64,000 nt of DNA from Peptococcaceae bacterium. GTDB lineage: Bacteria; Bacillota; Peptococcia; DRI-13; UBA5745. The position numbers were made by a program, and so were the translations under genes. The notes under the pieces are model-generated. The model ran no database searches. It was not told the DNA's origin and saw only the letters and a program-made list of their open reading frames with translations. The stretch lies in assembly GCA_034927285.1 (NCBI GenBank), contig JAYFQF010000005.1, positions 40,229 through 104,228 on the forward strand, written 5' to 3'. Each line of letters opens with the position of its first letter. Positions within the stretch are counted from its first letter, which is position 1. This document shows positions 57,992-64,000 of this stretch, piece after piece.

Positions 57992-58125
57992 CTGACTTCA
58001 CCTCCTCCCTTTGGACTAACGGCTCCGGGTCGTCCCCTTTGCAGAGCAAAGGGCGCGGAGCAGGGATACGACTTGAATATGTTACCACATTCATCGCGAA
58101 AAAGCAAGATAACGAATCCGGCCTT
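57992..58125 (-). promoter_or_regulatory. rpsF promoter and structured 5' leader (candidate S6:S18 autoregulatory leader)
   Basis: On the minus strand, TTGCTT...TGgTAACAT (extended -10), then the hairpin CCCTTTGC-tc-TGCAAAGGG upstream of GGGAGGAGG. An S6:S18-binding leader upstream of rpsF is known in Bacillota. I could not verify the consensus by eye. Confidence 0.35.
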
Positions 58126-58136
58126 TCCTTAAAAAA

Positions 58137-58670
58137 TTAAGACAGCTCTTCTGTCAGCAGTTTTTCAAAGGCCAGCCTCTTTTCTCCGGCCTCGGCCCCT
58201 TCCACAAGGCGGACGATCCCGCAATACTGAAAAGAATGTTTCATCAGCAGCCGCTGCATAGCCACATTTTCTCTGTGGGTATCGCTGCGGAGGCTGATCG
58301 CTCCTTTTTTGCGGCACAGTTCTTCGGCCTGCCGGATCAGCCGGCCCGCCAGCCCCTGCCCTTTCCGGCTTTCCTCCACCGCTATCCGGTGAACGGCTCC
58401 ATAGGGACCCTCCTCGTTCAGCCAGCGGCCTCCCTCCAGCGTCTCATAGGCCGGCTCCCGGCCAAAAGTCAGGGCTGCCGCCGCCAGTATCCGGCCGTTT
58501 TCAACCAGCACATAGCTCTGGCCAAGCTCCCTGTCCCCGCAAATGACCGGCAGATCAGGGTAGCCCTTTTGCCATTGGTCGATCCCCCGGGCCTTAAAAT
58601 AAGCCTTGGCCTGATCAGTGATTTCCATTATCCCTGCTTCTTCCCCGGAACGGGTCTGCCGGAATTCCAT
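58137..58670 (-). CDS. GNAT family N-acetyltransferase
   Basis: RIAVEESRKGQGLAGRLIRQAEELCRKKG is the acetyl-CoA binding motif A (Q/RxxGxG/A). The start may instead be Met15, at 58628. Confidence 0.85.
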   Translation of the reverse strand: MEFRQTRSGEEAGIMEITDQAKAYFKARGIDQWQKGYPDLPVICGDRELGQSYVLVENGRILAAAALTFGREPAYETLEGGRWLNEEGPYGAVHRIAVEESRKGQGLAGRLIRQAEELCRKKGAISLRSDTHRENVAMQRLLMKHSFQYCGIVRLVEGAEAGEKRLAFEKLLTEELS

Positions 58671-58688
58671 GTGCTGCTCCCCCTCTCC

Positions 58689-58907
58689 TTACCGCCCCTG
58701 CCGGCCTTCCTGTTCCTGTCCGCCGGAGGCTTCTTTTACCGCTTTGACCGCCTTCATCAAAACATCCCGGTTCATTAAAAGGACATGGCCGCAGCCCCGG
58801 CACTTCAGCCGGTATTCCATGCCCGGCCGCATCACCTGCCAATCATGGCTGCCGCAGGGATGAGGCTTTTTCAGCGTCAGTACGGTCCCCGCCGGATACA
58901 CCACCAT
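58689..58907 (-). CDS. DUF951 family protein
   Basis: LKKPHPCGSHDWQVMRPGMEYRLKCRGCGH is a zinc-ribbon-like CxxxxW...CxxC signature of DUF951. Confidence 0.8.
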   Translation of the reverse strand: MVVYPAGTVLTLKKPHPCGSHDWQVMRPGMEYRLKCRGCGHVLLMNRDVLMKAVKAVKEASGGQEQEGRQGR

Positions 58908-59754
58908 CTTCTACCTCTCCTTTTTCCAATATTACATAGGTGTGGGGATAAGGGATCGCTATTCCCGCCTGCTGCATAGCTTCCTTTGCCTCTTTACGCA
59001 AAGCCCGTTCCACCGCCCACTGCTCCAGGGCCCGGGACTGGGCCAACAGGCGGATCACCACCGCGGATTCCGCAAGATTTACCACCCCTAAAACCTGCGG
59101 GGCTTCCAGCAGAACATCCTTGAATTCCAGCGCCACCTTACGGCAGACCTGTTCCAGCACCTCCGTGGCCCGGCCGATATCGCTTTCGTAAGAGATGCTG
59201 ATATCCACCAATACCCGGCTGCCGCCCCGGTGATGGTTGGTCACCAGACTCATGTTGCCGTTGGGCAGAATATGCAGCCTTCCGTCAAAATCCCGCAGAT
59301 AGGTACAGCGCAGGGTCAGCTTTTCCACATAGCCCGCCACGCCCTGGGCCTCAATATATTCCCCCACATAATACTGATTTTCCAGCAGGATAAAAAAACC
59401 GGTGATGACATCCTTAAAAAGGCTCTGGGCGCCGAAAGCGATACCGACGCCCAGCACGCCGGCAGTGGACAGGATGGCCATGACCGGCACGCCGAAGCGG
59501 TCCAGGATCGTCACCGCCATGATAAAAAGCACCGAATAGCGGATGATGTTTTGCAGCAGGCCGGTGAGCGTAGCATATCGCTTGGCCTCTTCCGGGGTGT
59601 GCTCCCTGGAAAGCCGCATGGTCATCATTTTCTCCGCCAGGGAACAACCTGCCCGGATCACGATCCGCCCCACCACCAGGATAACCGCTGCCGTCAGGGC
59701 ATAGCCGAGCAAGACCTCGCCGTTGGCCCATAGTTTATCCAGCCATTTTTCCAT
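58843..59754 (-). CDS. mechanosensitive ion channel family protein (MscS-like)
   Basis: 303 aa with 3 N-terminal TM helices followed by an MscS beta domain (FKDVITGFFILLENQYYVGEYIE). Confidence 0.88.
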   Translation of the reverse strand: MEKWLDKLWANGEVLLGYALTAAVILVVGRIVIRAGCSLAEKMMTMRLSREHTPEEAKRYATLTGLLQNIIRYSVLFIMAVTILDRFGVPVMAILSTAGVLGVGIAFGAQSLFKDVITGFFILLENQYYVGEYIEAQGVAGYVEKLTLRCTYLRDFDGRLHILPNGNMSLVTNHHRGGSRVLVDISISYESDIGRATEVLEQVCRKVALEFKDVLLEAPQVLGVVNLAESAVVIRLLAQSRALEQWAVERALRKEAKEAMQQAGIAIPYPHTYVILEKGEVEDGGVSGGDRTDAEKASSLRQP

Positions 59755-59811
59755 CGTCTGTTCGTCCTCCCGCTGCCGTTTATTTTTCTATTTTTCCCTT
59801 TTCAGCGGTTT

Positions 59812-60552
59812 TTAGCGCTTTTGCAGCTTTTCTATGGCCCGCCGCCGCTCTTCCTCCACCCAGGAGTCCTGGTCGGGCCCCCCTTGCTCCAGGGCCGGCA
59901 AGGCCTCCCTGATTCCCATCTCCGCCAGGACCTGGCAGGCCTTGGCCCTGACCCGCCAGCTTTCGGAGGACAGGCAGCAGGCCACATTGCCCCAGAGATC
60001 CCGGAAGCTCCACATCTCTACAGCTTTCAGACCGGCCCGCACCAACTCTTCGTCCTGAGACAGCAAGGCCAAAAACGCCAGGTTCTCACAGCGGGGATCG
60101 GCCTGTTCGGCTAATAGCAATAATACCTGGGTTTTAAGGCTTTCCGCGGCGCCTTCTTCAAACCAAAGCTGCCAGAGCTGCTCCAGGCCTTTTGGGCCCA
60201 GGGCGGCCAGCACCTCGCCGGCTTTGGCCGCTCCCTGGCTCTGCCGCAGCATCGCCGCCGCCAGGGGGCGCAGGATCCGGTCCGGCGGCATTTTTTTTAA
60301 GGCCTCGGCCGCCGCCAGCTGAACCGCTTCCTCCCGGTCTTCCAGGCATTTCAGCAGGATCTCCTGGGCCCTTGGGGTAGCCAGGGCCGTCAGGACCTCC
60401 AGCACCAGGCTCTGATCTTCCCTGAGCCGCAGCTTATCCGCCAGAAAGTTTTCCCAGCCGGTATATAGATTGCGGCAGAGGGCGATAAACTCCGTTTCCG
60501 GAAGCAGCAGCTTTTGTTCCTTCATTTTTCCCCAGCTATCCATTGGTTCCAT
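59812..60552 (-). CDS. HEAT-repeat domain protein (function unknown)
   Basis: Repeated helical units carry Leu/Ala-rich ...AVQLAAAEALKKM..., ...VRAGLKAVEM... and ...WRVRAKACQVLAEMG... (the HEAT_2/PBS-lyase pattern). Confidence 0.6.
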   Translation of the reverse strand: MEPMDSWGKMKEQKLLLPETEFIALCRNLYTGWENFLADKLRLREDQSLVLEVLTALATPRAQEILLKCLEDREEAVQLAAAEALKKMPPDRILRPLAAAMLRQSQGAAKAGEVLAALGPKGLEQLWQLWFEEGAAESLKTQVLLLLAEQADPRCENLAFLALLSQDEELVRAGLKAVEMWSFRDLWGNVACCLSSESWRVRAKACQVLAEMGIREALPALEQGGPDQDSWVEEERRRAIEKLQKR

Positions 60553-60608
60553 AGCCTGTCCTCCCCACCCCGGCGGGATATCTTTCCCTGAACGCCATGG
60601 CGGCGCCG

Positions 60609-61331
60609 CTATCCCAGCAGCGGCAGCAGTTTAATCTGATAAAGGTTTGCCATAAACCGCATCAAGCCTGAATTCAGAATCAGCGTATAATACGCCGGCC
60701 CATTGCCGCTTAAGTTGGCCATCAACGCAGCCGGATAGAGAGCCCCGGATAAAAGCACCAGACCGCCCAACTCCACCGCCGTAAAGAAAGTCATCCCCAG
60801 GAGGCCGTCCACCACACCAAAAAGGCCAAAACCGTCGCCGCCGCTGAAAAGCCCCAGAATCCAGCGGACTAAAAAGGAAACGATCCACCAGATCAGCAGA
60901 AAGACGATAGCGCCGACAATGGTCTGGGCAATGCTCAGCATCAGGGAATCCACCACATTTTCAGCGTTGACCGCCCCTTGGACGCCCGTACCCTGCAAAG
61001 CCTGATGCAAATATCCCGCCACTTCTTCCGGCAGCGGCAAGGACAGCAGGCTGTCCTTCAGTTCCTGCAAAGAATCAGCCGCCCCGCTGACCCCCTTGAT
61101 CAGCTCCTGTATATTTTCGGGGATAGCCTGACGCAAAAACAGCGCCAAGCGGGTTTCCACCCCCCATTGTGCCTGGAGCCAGGCCATGGCCAAAGGTTTG
61201 GTCAGCCACGCCACCACCAGCCCTACCACGCAGCCGATGATTCCTTTCAAACAGCCGATAAATCCTTTACAATATCCGATATAGGCCCCCGCCAGGACCA
61301 AAATAATGATCGCGGTATCCACCCAAGGCAT
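60609..61331 (-). CDS. CvpA family membrane protein
   Basis: MPWVDTAIIILVLAGAYIGYCKGFI is the typical CvpA N-terminus. About 4 TM helices. Confidence 0.75.
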   Translation of the reverse strand: MPWVDTAIIILVLAGAYIGYCKGFIGCLKGIIGCVVGLVVAWLTKPLAMAWLQAQWGVETRLALFLRQAIPENIQELIKGVSGAADSLQELKDSLLSLPLPEEVAGYLHQALQGTGVQGAVNAENVVDSLMLSIAQTIVGAIVFLLIWWIVSFLVRWILGLFSGGDGFGLFGVVDGLLGMTFFTAVELGGLVLLSGALYPAALMANLSGNGPAYYTLILNSGLMRFMANLYQIKLLPLLG

Positions 61332-61396
61332 ACCCTTGTGCCTCCTTATGCCGATTTTTCCATGATATGAATGCCGCCGCCCTTAAGGCGGACTGC

Positions 61397-61990
61397 CTAG
61401 TGAAATCCGCAGGAATGCTCAGGATCCACCAATTCCCTGTACTTATCCACCACCAGCTTGACGTCTTCCCAGACCGGGGCCTTCAAGCCGGGATTTCTTA
61501 ACAGTGCCGCCGGATGATAGGTGGGCATCAGCAGCCTGCCCTGCCATTGAATCCATTGGCCCCGGCTGGCGCTGATTTTGGCTTTAGGATCAACCAAGCC
61601 CTGCAGCGCCGTAGCCCCCAGCAAAAGAATGATCCTGGGATCCGCCAGCTGAATCTGCTCCAGCAGATAGGGCAGGCAAGCCTCCCGTTCCTCCGGCAGC
61701 GGCACCCGATTCTGGGGCGGCCGGCATTTTACAATATTCGCAACATAGGTATTGGTCTGCCGGCTGAAGCCGCCGGATTCCAGAATCAGATCCAGAAGCT
61801 TGCCTGCCCGCCCCACAAAAGGGCGGCCCAGCCGGTCCTCATCCTGGCCCGGGCCTTCGCCGATGACCATTAAGCCTTTATTGGGAATCCCTTCGCCAAA
61901 AACAACTTTCAGGCAGCCCTGCCGCAGGGCGCATTTATGGCAGGCCTCGGCCTGCCGGCGAAGCTCTTCTAAATTCTCTGCCGCATTCAT
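61397..61990 (-). CDS. uracil-DNA glycosylase, family 4
   Basis: CHKCALRQGC, GEGPGQDEDRLGRPFVGRAGKLLD, NIVKCRPPQNR and HPAALLRNP. Confidence 0.92.
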   Translation of the reverse strand: MNAAENLEELRRQAEACHKCALRQGCLKVVFGEGIPNKGLMVIGEGPGQDEDRLGRPFVGRAGKLLDLILESGGFSRQTNTYVANIVKCRPPQNRVPLPEEREACLPYLLEQIQLADPRIILLLGATALQGLVDPKAKISASRGQWIQWQGRLLMPTYHPAALLRNPGLKAPVWEDVKLVVDKYRELVDPEHSCGFH

Positions 61991-62063
61991 TCTGCTTCCT
62001 CATTTCCCGGGAAATAGATTACGGGCCTGTCCATACAGGCCGGCTCCCTGCTCTTATCTTGGG

Positions 62064-62197
62064 TTATGACGTAATTCGCTGCGTTCATTATATCATGAAT
62101 TCTGATTGGAACGCGGCCCGCTCTTTACTTCCTGCCAGTCGCACAGCCCGCCACGGGCGGTGATTTATGATGTAATTCGCTGCGTTCATTATATCAT
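62064..62197. repeat. copy 2 (best preserved) of the dispersed ~101-bp-period intergenic repeat (A-B-A)
   Basis: The 33-nt ttatgaCgtaattcgctgcgttcattatatcat (62064-62096) recurs at 62165-62197 with a single C>T change. A 68-nt B segment lies between them. Confidence 0.9.
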
Positions 62198-62218
62198 AAC
62201 TTGACGCTTCAGGTACAG

Positions 62219-62255
62219 AAAAGCCACAGGATGCGTAAATATCCTGTGGCTTTTA
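62219..62255. terminator. bidirectional terminator downstream of the bactofilin gene
   Basis: AAAGCCACAGGAT-gcgtaaat-ATCCTGTGGCTTTT. Confidence 0.8.
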
Positions 62256-62299
62256 TTCCTTATCTCTGTTCTTCTTTGGCTTAACGGCGCGGGGCCTCT

Positions 62300-62689
62300 T
62301 CAGACCACGAGCTTAACCTCTTCTTTTTTCAGGGTATTTAATGTACGGCAACTGCCTACCAGTTCGGAGCCCGGCTCTGTAATCAGGTTGGACATGGTGG
62401 AATTCCCGATCAGCTTCGCCGTCCGGCTCAGCTCGATACGGCCCTCGGCCATGACGTCGCCTTTCAGATACCCGCAATGATAGAGGTTTCTGGCTGTAAC
62501 ATTTCCGGTGCAGGAAGCGCCTTCCCCGATATAAACATCCCCCGGCGTTACGATGTCGCCGATCAGCTCACCGTCGATGCGTACGCTGTTGGGCGCTTTC
62601 AGGTTTCCTTCGAAATGGCTCTCCGGGCCCAGAATCGTCCCTACCTTATCCAGCTCGGCAGTCTGTTTTTGGTTGGGATTATTCGCCAT
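62300..62689 (-). CDS. bactofilin family polymer-forming cytoskeletal protein
   Basis: A beta-helical repeat pattern, FEGNLKAPNSVRIDGELIGDIVTPGDVYIGEGASCTGNVTARNLYHCGYLKGDV. Confidence 0.88.
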   Translation of the reverse strand: MANNPNQKQTAELDKVGTILGPESHFEGNLKAPNSVRIDGELIGDIVTPGDVYIGEGASCTGNVTARNLYHCGYLKGDVMAEGRIELSRTAKLIGNSTMSNLITEPGSELVGSCRTLNTLKKEEVKLVV

Positions 62690-63761
62690 CCGTCGTCTCC
62701 TCCGCTTTCAGCACTTTCAAGGGGTCAATCCACTTGCCGTCCAACTGAATGCCGTAGTGCAGATGCGGGCCGGTAGTACGTCCGGTGGCGCCGCATTTGG
62801 CGATGGTATCTCCCTTGACCAGCTGCTGGCCCTCTTTCACCAAAATCTCACTGCAATGGGCATAGATACTGACATACCCATAACCATGACTGACCATGAC
62901 CAGATTTCCCCAGCCGGATTTATAACCGGCGAATGTAACGATACCGGTGCCGGCCACCCGCATCTCGGTGCCGGTTTTATTGGCAATATCCAAACCGTTA
63001 TGGAACTCGGTGCCGGAGCCGAAGGGGTTTTTCCGATAGCCGAACTTGGAGGAAATCTTTCCTTTCATGGGCCAGAGATCCGGAACGGCCTCGTTAAAGG
63101 CCAGCTGCTTATCCACTTCGCTCATCAGAGCCTGCATGGACTGGGCCTGCTGGGAGATCTTCTGATCCATCTCCTGGAGTTCCTGTTTTAAGTCCTCCAG
63201 GCTGTCCATTTCCATGCCGCTGTCGTTGCCGGTGTAATCGCTGTAGTCGATTAAGCTTCCCAAACTGCGGGAAACGGTGAGGCCGGCTACCGCCTTATCC
63301 CCATCTTCATTCACCGGATCGGCTTCATTTCCTAACTCGATTTCCTGTTCCTGTTCCAGGCCCACTTTGGCCCGGACCTCAGTTTTCATCTCTTCCAGGT
63401 CCGCCATCTTACTCAGCATGGAGCCGGCCATGTATTGCAGGTCTTCAAGCTCCGCAGCCTGGGTAGCGTTGGTTTCGGACAACCGCTGATTTTCTGCCAC
63501 AAGGTTTGTCAGAGTGATACGGTTTACTGCATAGTCCTGGACGAAGAAAGCGCCGGTAGCGCCCAGCCCGACCAAAGAGAAACAGAATAAAGCGAGCCCT
63601 GTTCTGAAACCTTTGGCCGACATCCGAACGTCCCGTATGGGTTTTCCCGGACCCCGCATCATCATAAAGGTGATTTTTTCGTTTCTTTTTTCTTTAACCT
63701 CAGCGACAGAAGACGTCTTCTTTTTTGTAAAAATACTCAAGATTTCATCCTCCATATCCAT
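62679..63761 (-). CDS. M23 family metallopeptidase with N-terminal TM and coiled-coil
   Basis: Contains FHNGLDIA and GATGRTTGPHLHYGI (the HxxxD / HxH LytM motifs). The stop overlaps the bactofilin start. Confidence 0.9.
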   Translation of the reverse strand: MDMEDEILSIFTKKKTSSVAEVKEKRNEKITFMMMRGPGKPIRDVRMSAKGFRTGLALFCFSLVGLGATGAFFVQDYAVNRITLTNLVAENQRLSETNATQAAELEDLQYMAGSMLSKMADLEEMKTEVRAKVGLEQEQEIELGNEADPVNEDGDKAVAGLTVSRSLGSLIDYSDYTGNDSGMEMDSLEDLKQELQEMDQKISQQAQSMQALMSEVDKQLAFNEAVPDLWPMKGKISSKFGYRKNPFGSGTEFHNGLDIANKTGTEMRVAGTGIVTFAGYKSGWGNLVMVSHGYGYVSIYAHCSEILVKEGQQLVKGDTIAKCGATGRTTGPHLHYGIQLDGKWIDPLKVLKAEETTDGE

Positions 63762-64000
63762 GTTTTAAGCCCTGGGCTTAAGCTTCTTTTATGAGAGAGA
63801 AAAACGAGCGACCTCCATGGAGCATATCTTGGGCGGCCACCCGGCTTGTACACATTTTGCTAATGTTTTGTTCATATTTTGTTAACATTATAGCCCTAAA
63901 TTGGTAAAAGCGCAAGTAAAAAATGTCTATCCATATTTTTCATCTGTCCGAACCACGGGCAAATTAAGAGCTGTTCTTATCTATGCCAGGAATAATCAGG

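Noticed and set aside
62094-62163. Small ORFs starting at ATGAATTCTGAT inside the repeat element (22 aa here, 11 aa at 38749, and an unrelated 22 aa at 15765).
   Set aside because: Stop positions and downstream sequence are not conserved between copies, and there is no RBS. The repeat is therefore unlikely to encode a peptide.
62064-62197. The A-B-A arrangement as a mini CRISPR array.
   Set aside because: There are only two repeats, and no cas genes in the window. The intervening 'spacer' is itself conserved at the other two loci, which is incompatible with CRISPR spacers.

Overview
This window looks like 64 kb of core chromosome from a high-GC Bacillota organism, probably Clostridia-like (taxonomy is inference from gene content and synteny). 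It is densely coding and mostly housekeeping. Main blocks, in order:
- argC-argJ-argB-argD-carA-carB operon (minus strand) with a sigma-A promoter and a candidate ARG box.
- gpmI-eno.
- A low-GC TetR plus CDF-like transporter islet.
- A small Qnr-like pentapeptide-repeat gene.
- A DUF4358 / MBOAT / DHHW surface O-acylation cluster.
- AEC permease, then fhs-fchA-MTHFS.
- Two paralogous YtrA-type GntR + ABC modules.
- cbiMNQO behind a cobalamin riboswitch.
- An amino-acid ABC transporter next to a sigma-54 enhancer-binding protein, which faces a perfect -24/-12 promoter, a permease and a fused Fe-S L-serine dehydratase.
- ybaK-dagK, and a BMP-family nucleoside ABC transporter.
- PAP2 phosphatase, tRNA-Val and tRNA-Lys.
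- The origin-proximal block dnaB-rplI-yybS / rpsR-ssb-rpsF.
- GNAT, DUF951, MscS, HEAT-repeat protein, CvpA, family-4 UDG, bactofilin and an M23 peptidase.

I see no defence island, prophage, CRISPR array or intact mobile element. The most unexplained signals are non-coding. One is a dispersed intergenic repeat with a period of about 101 bp, present at three loci (15.7 kb, 38.8 kb, 62.1 kb). The other is an ~850-bp gene-free stretch (15.06-15.91 kb) packed with perfect inverted repeats built from a shared motif. Many long ORFs in the track are antisense shadow ORFs typical of high-GC DNA, and I rejected them.
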